Positions 1 to 9,747 of a stretch of DNA of 64,000 nt are shown here, piece after piece. A program made the translations under genes and the position numbers. This stretch comes from an uncultured Clostridia bacterium (GTDB taxonomy: Bacteria; Bacillota; Clostridia; Oscillospirales; QAMX01). The notes below the pieces were generated by a model. That model was not told the DNA's origin. It did no database searches and saw only the letters and a list, made by a program, of their open reading frames with translations. Where the stretch lies: the NCBI GenBank assembly GCA_944380935.1, contig CALWJF010000039.1, positions 12,492 through 76,491 on the forward strand, given 5' to 3'. Position 1 is the stretch's first letter. Each line of letters starts with the position of its first letter.

Positions 1-1
1 A

Positions 2-1954
2 TTAACGACTGCCCAGGATGAAGAAACTCCACTGCAAAAGAAACTCAATCAATTAAGCAAGATTTTAAGTATTTTGGTTCTGTCCATCTGCGTAGTAATT
101 TTCGCCATTGATTTAATCCGTATGTATCCGGATTTTACAGGTGAAGCGCTGCTGGATACCTTTATGGTTGCCGTCAGTCTTGCAGTCGCAGCGATTCCGG
201 AAGGACTTGCAGCAGTTGTTACCATTGTGCTGTCGATCGGCGTAACCAATATGTCTCGGCGCAACGCCGTAATCCGCCGCTTGACAGCTGTTGAAACGCT
301 GGGTTGCACCCAGATTATCTGTTCTGATAAAACAGGCACCTTGACGCAAAATAAAATGACCGTTGTCGAGGATTACGGGGACAATCGTGAAGCTGCCGCC
401 ATATCGTTTTGTCTTTGCACCGATGCTGTGCTGCGTCCGGGTGAAACGCTCAGCGAAGGAGATCCGACACAAACGGCAGTCGTCGATTATGCCTGTAAAC
501 TTGGTTTGGCAAAGTATGATCTGGAGAAAAAATATCCTCGTGTCGGAGAAATCCCCTTTGATTCGGGCCGTAAGCTGATGACCACTGTCCATTACGATGG
601 GAAAGGATATATGCAGCATACAACAGGAGCTCCTGACGTTGTAATCAGCCGTTGTACACATATCTTGCGTGGTGGCGAGATTCTCGAACTAACAGATGCC
701 CTACGGGATGAACTGCGCAACGCCAATAAGGCGCTTGCAGACCAGGCGCTGCGTGTTTTGGCCGCTGCTTACCGATACTACGACAAACGGCCGGAATCCT
801 ATGAGCCATCTGTTATGGAAAACAATTTGATTTTCCTGGGGCTGGAAGGCATGATTGATCCCATACGCCCTGAAGTGCGCGACGCCATTCGCGAATGCCG
901 GGAAGCCGGCATTCGTCCGATCATGATTACCGGAGACCATCGGGATACCGCAGTTGCCATTGCGCGGCAGCTCGGTATTCTGGAACCCGGGCAGGAAGCC
1001 ATCACAGGGGCAGAACTTGATGAACTTTCGGATGAGGAATTCCGTAATAATATTGAAAAATATTCTGTTTATGCACGTGTGCAGCCAGAACATAAAGTGC
1101 GTATTGTCAACGGCTGGCGTTCTTTAAATCGTATTACTGCTATGACCGGAGACGGCGTGAACGATGCGCCCTCTATAAAAAGTGCAGATATTGGCGTCGG
1201 CATGGGAATTACCGGAACTGACGTGACCAAAAATGTAGCCGATATGGTATTGGCAGATGACAACTTTGCCACAATCGTATCTGCGGTAGAAGAAGGACGC
1301 CGTATTTACGATAATATCCGAAAGGCGATTCAGTTCTTGTTATCTTCCAATCTCGCCGAGGTACTTTCCATTTTTATCGCCACTATTCTTGGCTTTACCA
1401 TTTTAAAACCTGTCCATCTTTTGTGGATCAACCTGATTACCGACTGCTTCCCTGCACTTGCGCTGGGCATGGAAAGAGGCGAAGCCGATACAATGAAACG
1501 GCCCCCACGCAGCTCAACAGATGGTATCTTTGCCGGCGGTATGGGATTCGATATTGCCTTCCAAGGACTTTTAGTTACCATTTTAACATTAAGCTCTTAT
1601 TTTATCGGCCATTATATGGAGGCTGGTGTCTGGGAGATAACCGATAGTGCCGACGGTATGACGATGGCGTTTTTAACGCTTTCTCTGGTTGAAATTTTCC
1701 ATTCCTTTAATATGCGTGCACGCCGTACATCTGTCTTTTCCATTCGCTGGCAAAACAAATGGCTGTGGGGTGCAATGGCGCTTTCTCTGATTTTGACTAC
1801 GACAGTTATTTATGTCCCCTTCTTATCGAATGCTTTTGGATTTGAGCATATTTCCTTCGCTGAATACGCGGTTGCTATCGCGCTTGCACTGTGCATTATC
1901 CCCATTATGGAATTCGTCAAATTTATTCAGCGTCGTATGGCCCGGAATGTATAA
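2..1954 (+). CDS. P-type Ca2+-transporting ATPase (P2 type), 5' end outside window
   Basis: Frame is open from nt 2 (..ETPLQKKLNQLSKIL..). Motifs: CSDKTGTLT phosphorylation site, TGDHRDTA, TGDGVNDAPS hinge, C-terminal TM helices. Stop at 1952-1954. Confidence 0.9.
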   Translation, partial: LTTAQDEETPLQKKLNQLSKILSILVLSICVVIFAIDLIRMYPDFTGEALLDTFMVAVSLAVAAIPEGLAAVVTIVLSIGVTNMSRRNAVIRRLTAVETLGCTQIICSDKTGTLTQNKMTVVEDYGDNREAAAISFCLCTDAVLRPGETLSEGDPTQTAVVDYACKLGLAKYDLEKKYPRVGEIPFDSGRKLMTTVHYDGKGYMQHTTGAPDVVISRCTHILRGGEILELTDALRDELRNANKALADQALRVLAAAYRYYDKRPESYEPSVMENNLIFLGLEGMIDPIRPEVRDAIRECREAGIRPIMITGDHRDTAVAIARQLGILEPGQEAITGAELDELSDEEFRNNIEKYSVYARVQPEHKVRIVNGWRSLNRITAMTGDGVNDAPSIKSADIGVGMGITGTDVTKNVADMVLADDNFATIVSAVEEGRRIYDNIRKAIQFLLSSNLAEVLSIFIATILGFTILKPVHLLWINLITDCFPALALGMERGEADTMKRPPRSSTDGIFAGGMGFDIAFQGLLVTILTLSSYFIGHYMEAGVWEITDSADGMTMAFLTLSLVEIFHSFNMRARRTSVFSIRWQNKWLWGAMALSLILTTTVIYVPFLSNAFGFEHISFAEYAVAIALALCIIPIMEFVKFIQRRMARNV

Positions 1955-1971
1955 GTACAGTTTCACAATAC

Positions 1972-2015
1972 AAAAAGATCGTCTGTCCGCAAACTTATGG
2001 ACAGACGATCTTTTT
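1972..2015. terminator. bidirectional rho-independent terminator between convergent genes
   Basis: AAAAAGATCGTCTGTCC (1972-1988) pairs perfectly with GGACAGACGATCTTTTT (1999-2015). A/T runs on both sides. Confidence 0.8.
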
Positions 2016-2064
2016 ACCCATTGAAAAATTACAATTCTTTTGTTCTTATGAATACTTATATGTA

Positions 2065-2724
2065 TTATTTTTGAATATTTTTACAGCCTGCATCCTTTGT
2101 TAAACAGGCAAAACCGGCTGGTATAATCAGTAACAGACACAAGAGAATGGAGCAGAAACCCAAATAACGCATTCCAAAAAAAGCCGCGGCAACTCCAATA
2201 TGAAAAAACAACAACGAACTGGCAAAAAACCGTGTCCGGCGCAAAACTTCCTGATCTTTTGTCTGAATATACTCTGTAATGCCAATAATTAACTGTCGGT
2301 AGTTATTCGTAGAAAACACACATGAGCTTGCGTATCCGCATGCCCCGGGAAAAGCATTCCATTGAAAGCCCGTGATAAAGAAAATCGGATAAAGAGCAAA
2401 AAAACCTGCGCTTTCCGGTAAAAAACTTACAATAATAATGCCAATACTATCTGCAATAACCGCCCAAAACTGTAAATTAATTTTTTTCTTACGCCGCAAT
2501 ACCGTGGAAAGTGAAATAGAAAATGCAAAAGTTAATGCAGCGCCCAGACGTATCAACATCTGAGAAATGTCCAAACCAAAAATTGCCTGTGTCAAAACAA
2601 TCAAATTTACTGTTTCCGCACTGGCCAATACACCGCAGCGCGTCACCGTATAACCGCCTAAAAAACCACCAAACGTCGCCATTAGAAAAAACAACGACTG
2701 TTCTGAGATCCGTTTGTGCATCAC
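2065..2724 (-). CDS. YoaK-family (DUF1275) membrane protein
   Basis: 219-aa polytopic membrane ORF with an N-terminus (FFLMATFGGFLGGYTVTRCG) typical of DUF1275. GGGGAGG RBS lies upstream of the GTG/ATG start pair. Confidence 0.6.
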   Translation of the reverse strand: MMHKRISEQSLFFLMATFGGFLGGYTVTRCGVLASAETVNLIVLTQAIFGLDISQMLIRLGAALTFAFSISLSTVLRRKKKINLQFWAVIADSIGIIIVSFLPESAGFFALYPIFFITGFQWNAFPGACGYASSCVFSTNNYRQLIIGITEYIQTKDQEVLRRTRFFASSLLFFHIGVAAAFFGMRYLGFCSILLCLLLIIPAGFACLTKDAGCKNIQK

Positions 2725-2942
2725 AACCCAATGCCTCCCCTATTATGATTGAGCATGTAAACACCGGCTATTTCCTGCATCCTGCAAGTAGCCGGCAAAT
2801 CAATCCTACACATATTATGAAACACGGTATACACTTTGTCTATGGATGCTTTCACGAGAGTTCCAGAGAATTGCAGAAAAACTCTGAGCATGATTTACAA
2901 AATTCAGCTTTGTTTTTCAGCATTCTCCACAAAGATATCGTT

Positions 2943-5081
2943 TCATATGTCCTTCTTCGTGCTCAACACCGGTGATAAAAGAGAAGTCGGTTTTTCTGTA
3001 TAAAAAATATTTAATTCATGCAGTGCGCGCGTTAGTGCAACATATAAACGTTTTGCCGACGCCGGATCCGTATTCCAGTATGCAGCTGAAGCATCAAATA
3101 GTATGACCGTATCAAATTCAAGACCTTTGACCAGCGTAACCGGTGCTACTACCACACCACCTGTATATAAACTTGTATCATCATCAATTAAATGCAGCTG
3201 CATATATGGTGTGAGTGCCGTATAAACGGAACGTGCTTGTCCTATATCACTACAAATGACTGCACAGCTCCCGTCAGGGTGCATAGTTCCTGTAATTGCC
3301 TGCCGAGTTTTCTCAACACAGTCGGAAAAACTATCCGCTGACTCGAAACGCACAATTCGGCCATGCCGGACAACCGGCATAATCTCATAGCCTGTCCCGA
3401 TTTTATCTAGCACCCGATTGGCAAATTCCGCAATTTCGATTGTATTTCGGTAACTCTTCGTCAAGGCACGGAAAAACACTGCCGGAAACATTGGAAATAT
3501 TTCATCCCAGGAACTTAACCCGCTCTCTCCATGGATATTTTGGGCAATATCTCCCAAAATGGTAAAGCGCGCGTCCGGGAAACAGCTCGACAATGTCATA
3601 AAAGCCATCGGGCCAAAATCCTGCGCTTCATCAATCACTATATGATCATATTCTTTTGTACGCACATTTGTCTCCAGCCAGCAAGACAGATAAGCCAGCG
3701 CACAAAGATCATATAGATCATAACTTTTTTTCCGAATCCTACGCGAAGTCTGCTTTGCAACTGCTGCTTCCTTTCCCCCGCGTTCGGCATACTGTTCCAG
3801 GAACGACAGATATAACTTCGTTTCATTGACTTTTTTCAATCGGTTTAAAAATACCCGTTTTATACTTTTCGCCTGCGTACGCACTTGCTGTAATCTGGCA
3901 TACTTCTCATCTAACAATAAATTTCGTTCCTGTCGAGTCTGCACATCCGTGCTGCGCCGCTCGAAATCAGTCTCTATTGCGGCAAGAATTCCTTCCAGCT
4001 GTGTTTTAACGCGATGGTCAATCAATCTAGCCATGGTATCGGCACGTTCCCGCATGGCTACGTGTGGCCGCAACGCAAAATTGTCGGCTATTTCTGCACA
4101 ACTGACCAGCGTTTGTCCGGCAAGCACAACATCTTCACAAAGAAAAACCTCTTTTTCAAAACGATCCGCGTACTGGCAAAGCGCTTGCGCAAAATCCATC
4201 GTGGACTTTTCCGGTATCACTTCCGCTTCCTGAGCATCCGCACCATAAAAAAGAATATACAGCAAAAGCTCGCGCAAGACGCTTTGCCGGACACTTTCCA
4301 CACCGAGATCCGGCAGCATACCCGATATGTAATTTAAAAACATCCGGTTTGTTCCCAATATGCAATAGCGGTTTTCCTTTGCATCTGCATTAAAAATCAG
4401 ATAAGAGATTCGATGCAGCGCGACCGTCGTCTTTCCGCTTCCCGCTACGCCTTGCACAATCACATTGCGCCAGGGCTCAGCCCGAATGATCTCATTTTGA
4501 TCACTTTGGATTGTCGCTACAATATCATGAAGCACAACATCTGCATTTTTAGCAAGATATTCCTGCAAAAGCGCATCGTTAGTAATCAAATCTGCATCAT
4601 AGTAGTCCGATAATTTGCCATTTTTTATGCTATAGGTCCGTTTCAGCCCCATCTCTCCGTCTATTTCCCCATCCGGCGATATATACGATGCATGGCCGGG
4701 TTGCGCATCATAATAAAGATTTGCAATGGGGGTACGCCAATCTACAACCAGCACCTCATTATCTTCAATCACACCTCCACGCCCAATATAAATCTGTTTC
4801 TCCACTTCTCCCGTCTCAGCAAAATCAACACGTCCGAAGTAGGGGGAATTTTCCGCATTCCGATAAACACGCAGAAGCTTAGCCAGTCCTTCCTGCCGGT
4901 CCGTACCTACAACGAGCTGCATATAAAGCTCAACATTTTCGTCATTATAGGCTTTTAGCCATTCATCAATCTGACGGTCCAATTCTTCTTTTTGAACGGA
5001 TGCTTCAGAAATTGCTTTCCTAACTTTTCCCAGTACATAAGAAAGCCAGTTCTCCTCATATTCACGTGACTTTGTGTTCAT
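2943..5081 (-). CDS. helD: HelD-type UvrD-like helicase (helicase IV / RNAP recycling factor)
   Basis: 712 aa. N-terminal SPYFGRVDF motif, Walker A GVAGSGKTTVALHRISYL, DEAQD box and a C-terminal UvrD_C-like end. GAGGGGG RBS. Confidence 0.8.
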   Translation of the reverse strand: MNTKSREYEENWLSYVLGKVRKAISEASVQKEELDRQIDEWLKAYNDENVELYMQLVVGTDRQEGLAKLLRVYRNAENSPYFGRVDFAETGEVEKQIYIGRGGVIEDNEVLVVDWRTPIANLYYDAQPGHASYISPDGEIDGEMGLKRTYSIKNGKLSDYYDADLITNDALLQEYLAKNADVVLHDIVATIQSDQNEIIRAEPWRNVIVQGVAGSGKTTVALHRISYLIFNADAKENRYCILGTNRMFLNYISGMLPDLGVESVRQSVLRELLLYILFYGADAQEAEVIPEKSTMDFAQALCQYADRFEKEVFLCEDVVLAGQTLVSCAEIADNFALRPHVAMRERADTMARLIDHRVKTQLEGILAAIETDFERRSTDVQTRQERNLLLDEKYARLQQVRTQAKSIKRVFLNRLKKVNETKLYLSFLEQYAERGGKEAAVAKQTSRRIRKKSYDLYDLCALAYLSCWLETNVRTKEYDHIVIDEAQDFGPMAFMTLSSCFPDARFTILGDIAQNIHGESGLSSWDEIFPMFPAVFFRALTKSYRNTIEIAEFANRVLDKIGTGYEIMPVVRHGRIVRFESADSFSDCVEKTRQAITGTMHPDGSCAVICSDIGQARSVYTALTPYMQLHLIDDDTSLYTGGVVVAPVTLVKGLEFDTVILFDASAAYWNTDPASAKRLYVALTRALHELNIFYTEKPTSLLSPVLSTKKDI

Positions 5082-5161
5082 TTTACTACCCCCTCTGACG
5101 CTGATTTTTTGTGAAAGAGAGTGGATTATATCACATTATCCTTATAAATTCAAGCGTTTCT

Positions 5162-5204
5162 AAAATAAAAAACCATCGGAAGTATCTTAACTTCCGATGG
5201 TTTT
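5162..5204 (-). terminator. rho-independent terminator of murA
   Basis: AAAACCATCGGAAGT / ACTTCCGATGGTTTT stem (5169-5204), followed on the minus strand by a T-rich run. Confidence 0.8.
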
Positions 5205-5217
5205 CCTCTCGATTCAT

Positions 5218-6507
5218 TCAGGCGTTTGCCAATTCTTCTTCATCCTGGAATTCTACTATTTCTATTCCCGCGCCAAGGCTGTTGAACTTGGCCACCATAT
5301 TGTCATAACCACGCTCGACATGTTCAATATTCCCGATTTCCGTCACACCCTGTGCTGCCAACGCCGCTATAATCAACGCTGCCCCGCAACGCAAATCGCA
5401 ACATTGTACCGGCGCTCCGGACAAATTATGCACGCCTTCTACAATAGCAATCTGGCCGTCAACCTGTATATGGGCGCCCATCCGGCGCAACTCATCCACA
5501 TAACGGAATCGGTCTTGAAAAACACCTTCCGTCATAATACTCGTACCGCGAGCCAAGCACATCAATACCCCAGTCTGCGGATTCATATCTGTTGGATAGC
5601 CCGGATACGGCATCGTTTTGACATTGGTTCTGCGCAATTCTCCAGTACGGCGGACCAATAGCGCGTCATCCAGATCAACAACCTCAATTCCCATTTCTAT
5701 CATCTTTGTACTGATACATTCCAAATGTTTGGGAATAACATTCCGAATTACAATTTCACCGCCTGTAGCAGCAACTGCTGCCATAAATGTTCCGGCTTCA
5801 ATCTGATCCGGAATAATCGAATACATACCGCCATGAAGCTTATGCACGCCGCGGACCTTGATTACATCCGTCCCTGCGCCGCTGATCTCTGCGCCCATAG
5901 CATTGAGGAAATTGGCAAGGTCTACTATATGCGGCTCTTTATTCGCATTTTCAATAATTGTCAAACCGGGTACGCGCACTGCTGCCAGAATTACATTAAT
6001 CGTTCCGCCAACCGTACGCTGATCAAAATAAATCCGAGCCGGGTGCATACCATCCGGGGCGGTGATATGGATAATCCCGTTACGGATTTCCACCTTTGCA
6101 CCCAAAGATTCAAATCCTTTGATATGCTGATCAATCGGACGCGAACCGAGATTACATCCTCCAGACATCGATACATGCGCCGATCCAAAACGCCCCAGTA
6201 CAGCCCCCATCAAATAGGTAGAAGCACGGGTTTTACGCGTCAAATCGTCAAATGCGGCTCGCGAGCCACGCAAATGCGCGCAGTTGATTTCAACCGTTGT
6301 ATCATCCAATAACTTTACGGATGCACCCATCCGTTTTAAAATCTCCAAATGGACGGTCACATCGCTAATTTTCGGAATGTTGCTGATAATACAGGAACCC
6401 TCAACAAGAATCGTAGAGGTTATAATCGCTAACGCGGCGTTTTTGAAACCGCTGACTGTAACTTCTCCGTGGAGTTCGTTACCGCCTTTTATAACATATT
6501 TTCTCAA
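5218..6507 (-). CDS. murA: UDP-N-acetylglucosamine 1-carboxyvinyltransferase
   Basis: Full-length MurA-like sequence (KYVIKGGNELHGEVTVSGFKNAAL.., catalytic-loop region RPIDQH). The longest ORF reaches 6585, but a TTG at 6507 with a GAAGGTG RBS gives the canonical MurA N-terminus. Confidence 0.9.
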   Translation of the reverse strand: MRKYVIKGGNELHGEVTVSGFKNAALAIITSTILVEGSCIISNIPKISDVTVHLEILKRMGASVKLLDDTTVEINCAHLRGSRAAFDDLTRKTRASTYLMGAVLGRFGSAHVSMSGGCNLGSRPIDQHIKGFESLGAKVEIRNGIIHITAPDGMHPARIYFDQRTVGGTINVILAAVRVPGLTIIENANKEPHIVDLANFLNAMGAEISGAGTDVIKVRGVHKLHGGMYSIIPDQIEAGTFMAAVAATGGEIVIRNVIPKHLECISTKMIEMGIEVVDLDDALLVRRTGELRRTNVKTMPYPGYPTDMNPQTGVLMCLARGTSIMTEGVFQDRFRYVDELRRMGAHIQVDGQIAIVEGVHNLSGAPVQCCDLRCGAALIIAALAAQGVTEIGNIEHVERGYDNMVAKFNSLGAGIEIVEFQDEEELANA

Positions 6508-6734
6508 TCCCGCACCTTCTTTTGTCTTGGGTCTTGCGAATCTAAAATCTAAAGTTCGCGTTCTCCGGGCAATTTTGCCTATCATCCTATAGCATTAACA
6601 AAATGAATCGTTTTAAACCGTTTAGTAAAAAAAACTTTAATACAGCGTGAGTATTATAACACGGCTTTACCAATTATGTCAATCGCTTTTTTTCCAATGT
6701 GTCATCATTTTGTAATTTTTGTGAAATTTTTCCA

Positions 6735-7406
6735 CTATTTGGCAAAATAATGGTTACCGATTACGGTAATTACCTCTCGCGAATATATCCAGCTGTTTGT
6801 CGTTTTGGCGGGATTATAATAATAGATAGCGCCTCCTGTTGGATCCCAGCCATTTAAAGCATCCTGTGCGGCAGCATAAGACTCTGAACTGATCGGTTCA
6901 TCAAATTGGCCATCTACAATTGCTGTAAAAGCACCATTTTGATAGATTACACCAGCTACGGTATTTGGAAAGGATGGATGCCGTACCCGGTTGAGGACAA
7001 CCGCACCTACCGCAACCTGACCTTTATACGGTTCGCCCCGTGCTTCAGCAGATATAATCCGTGCCAGCAAATACAAGTCGTTTGATGAAGCGCCTGACCC
7101 ACCTGTAGATAATCCCAACGCAGCCAAAGTCTGCGTTCCGGTTACGCCATCCACGGAAAGTCCGTTTTTTCGCTGAAAGCTTTTAACTGCCGCAGTCGTT
7201 TGAGAACCATAGATCCCGTCTACTGCACCGGAATAATATCCCCATTTCTTCAAATTGGTCTGTATTTGCCGTACGGTTTCCCCTGTAGATCCTTGACGGT
7301 AAACCGCCGCCTGCACCGGCGTGTAAGAACAATATATGGTAAAGATCAAAATGTTGATCAGGAACAGAGCCGCAAGTTTTGTTATGTTTTCTCGATTGGC
7401 TTTCAT
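6735..7406 (-). CDS. sleB: SleB-like spore cortex-lytic / cell wall hydrolase (PG_binding_1 + Hydrolase_2)
   Basis: Signal/TM N-terminus, a peptidoglycan-binding repeat (VRQIQTNLKKWGYYSGAVDGIYGSQTTAAVKSFQRKNGL) and a C-terminal SleB/CwlJ hydrolase domain (ARIISAEARGEPYKGQVAVGAVVLNRV). Confidence 0.75.
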   Translation of the reverse strand: MKANRENITKLAALFLINILIFTIYCSYTPVQAAVYRQGSTGETVRQIQTNLKKWGYYSGAVDGIYGSQTTAAVKSFQRKNGLSVDGVTGTQTLAALGLSTGGSGASSNDLYLLARIISAEARGEPYKGQVAVGAVVLNRVRHPSFPNTVAGVIYQNGAFTAIVDGQFDEPISSESYAAAQDALNGWDPTGGAIYYYNPAKTTNSWIYSREVITVIGNHYFAK

Positions 7407-7675
7407 TTTCCTTGCCTCCTTAGATTTTATTCTTCCAGCGGATTTTTCTTTTACAGCTTTATCATATGCGTGTAAACGAAGCCTATCCCAGTAAAATCAA
7501 ACCATGTTTGGCAATCTGCTATTGAAAAAAGCAGGAAGTTTATGGTAAAATAACGTTGTTAATATTAATACGTAGATTTTATAATTTTGCACATAGTATT
7601 TCTCATATAAAGCAAAATCAGTAGTCTGCCTGATTTCTAATGTTTCGTCAGTTCTGCAGGGAGATCCCCGTAATT

Positions 7676-9043
7676 ATGAAAAAATTCTTTTGTATTATTC
7701 TCTTTTGTATGCTGGTCGTAGTTTTTTGCGTATGCACCCAGAAAAGTGTACTTGCCAAACCTTTGCCTGGAGCGCTTTCGCAGATTCGAAATCAGAAGAT
7801 TTCTCAATTTCTTTTCAATTCAGCCAGTTTTACTACCGTCCAATCTGGAGATAACCAAAATTATTCTTATTGCGATTTGGATCTGGATGGAGAAGAAGAA
7901 CAACTCTCTTTTCTAATGTTTTCACAAGGCGGACAACATCGGGCTGAACTTTGCGTATCTCGCCTGGAAAATGGAATTTACCGTCCTTGTGCTGTGCTTC
8001 GCAATACCTGCGACGAAATTACGGATTGCATTCCTGCCCGCCTGGCTGAAAATATGCAGGCGATTGTACTTGGATGGGGTTTATCCGGAGAAGACAGCCG
8101 AGGCGTAAGCATCTGTACGTTATCCGGCGATTCCTTGGAAATCCTTTACGGCGGACATTATACGGCCCTTTCCGTCGCGGATTTTGACACGGACGGGTAC
8201 GATGAAATCTTAATTGCCCGGGCCGGGACCGAACATACACGTGGCTCTGCTGTATTGCTGGACTATGTTGACGGCGTGTTATCTCCGATATCCCGTGTCC
8301 AGCTATCCGCCGGGCTAAATACATTTATGCAGGTACAAACCGGTTCCATCGGCTTTGAGCAGACTGCATTGATTTGTGAAGGCTTTATCGAAGACGTCGG
8401 CTATGTCAGCGATTATATTGTTTTTGTTAACCAAAAACTTGTCAATATTTTCCTTTCCGACTATACAGGCATAAGTTCGCAAACATTGCGTCCCTATCCT
8501 GTTTGGTCCTGCGATATTGACGGAAATGGCTATATTGAACTTCCTGTTTTGCGTGAAGTGCCGCGCTTTTTCTCTGAAAAAACAGGCGCATACACGCTCT
8601 GGTTTGTCGATTGGATGCAATGCGGGGATACCGGTATTGCAAGCCTTGTATGTACAAGCTACCACGATTTTGAAGACGAATGGTATTTGATTCTCCCGGA
8701 TGCCATGTCTAATAATGTTACAGTTGAAATTTCTTTGGATACTCCTGACTGTAAAGGCGTGTTATTTTATTACTGGTCCGATGAGGGGGAACGCACCGTA
8801 CCAATCTGGGAAGTTTACATCTTCCGCGGCGAAGAAGCCAGAACACGGATGCAGCAGCTTGCCTTTGATGAAGTCGGGTTTGTTTACCCTCGAGCTTATT
8901 CGCTCCTGCTTTATCATAACGTATACGGTTTCAGCTACTCCCGCCGTTCCCTTACGGCAGATTTTTGTGCTTATGGAGCACCTGAACTTACACTGCCTTA
9001 TGCGGAACTGTTTGATTTTTCTGATGCACAACGGCAGGGATGA
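7676..9043 (+). CDS. secreted hypothetical protein with FG-GAP/VCBS-like DxDxDG repeats
   Basis: Signal peptide MKKFFCIILFCMLVVVFCVC. Three Ca-binding-like repeats: DLDLDGEEE, DFDTDGYDE, DIDGNGYIE. The stop lies 20 nt before the response regulator start. The longest ORF begins at 7640. Confidence 0.6.
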   Translation: MKKFFCIILFCMLVVVFCVCTQKSVLAKPLPGALSQIRNQKISQFLFNSASFTTVQSGDNQNYSYCDLDLDGEEEQLSFLMFSQGGQHRAELCVSRLENGIYRPCAVLRNTCDEITDCIPARLAENMQAIVLGWGLSGEDSRGVSICTLSGDSLEILYGGHYTALSVADFDTDGYDEILIARAGTEHTRGSAVLLDYVDGVLSPISRVQLSAGLNTFMQVQTGSIGFEQTALICEGFIEDVGYVSDYIVFVNQKLVNIFLSDYTGISSQTLRPYPVWSCDIDGNGYIELPVLREVPRFFSEKTGAYTLWFVDWMQCGDTGIASLVCTSYHDFEDEWYLILPDAMSNNVTVEISLDTPDCKGVLFYYWSDEGERTVPIWEVYIFRGEEARTRMQQLAFDEVGFVYPRAYSLLLYHNVYGFSYSRRSLTADFCAYGAPELTLPYAELFDFSDAQRQG

Positions 9044-9063
9044 TTATCGAAAACGGAGGACAC

Positions 9064-9747
9064 ATGAAAAAAATTCTGGTTATCGAAGACGAGGACAATA
9101 TTCGCAGTTTTGTTGTAATTAACCTTAAACGTGCCGGTTATACGGTTGTGGAAGCGGCAAGCGGTGAGGAAGCATTCGAGGTCCTGGCCAAAAACCCCGA
9201 TGTGATCTTGATGGTTGTGGACTTGATGCTCCCTGGGATCGATGGCTATGAAATTTGCCGACGGGTTCGGGCTTCCGGTTCCAATATGGGCATTGTTATG
9301 CTCACTGCACGTTCACAGGAAATGGACAAAGTTACCGGGCTAATGACCGGAGCAGATGATTATATTACCAAGCCTTTTTCCCCTGCCGAATTGACAGCGC
9401 GAATTGATGCACTTATGCGCCGGCTTGGCGGTGCAGGATCCGCTTCAGACGAAATCGTCTGTGGGCCATTTTCTTTGAGTTTAAAGAGCAGAACTGTGAT
9501 GAAGAACGGCGTTCGGATTGAATTGACGCAGGTTGAATATCTGATTATGAAGTTATTTTTGGAAAATCCAAACCGGGCGCTTTCTCGCGAAGAGATTCTT
9601 AAAGCGGTCTGGGGACAGGAATATTTTGGAGATTTAAAAATTGTAGATGTCAATATCCGCCGTCTGCGTCTGAAAATCGAGACAACACCTGCCAGCCCGC
9701 AATTTATTGAAACAGTATGGGGATATGGCTATAAATGGGACGCTTAA
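9064..9747 (+). CDS. OmpR-family response regulator
   Basis: Receiver domain (MKKILVIEDE.., DLMLPGIDG, KPF) plus a winged-helix trans_reg_C domain (VWGQEYFGDLKIVDVNIRRLRLKIE). GGAGG RBS at 9053-9057. Confidence 0.9.
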   Translation: MKKILVIEDEDNIRSFVVINLKRAGYTVVEAASGEEAFEVLAKNPDVILMVVDLMLPGIDGYEICRRVRASGSNMGIVMLTARSQEMDKVTGLMTGADDYITKPFSPAELTARIDALMRRLGGAGSASDEIVCGPFSLSLKSRTVMKNGVRIELTQVEYLIMKLFLENPNRALSREEILKAVWGQEYFGDLKIVDVNIRRLRLKIETTPASPQFIETVWGYGYKWDA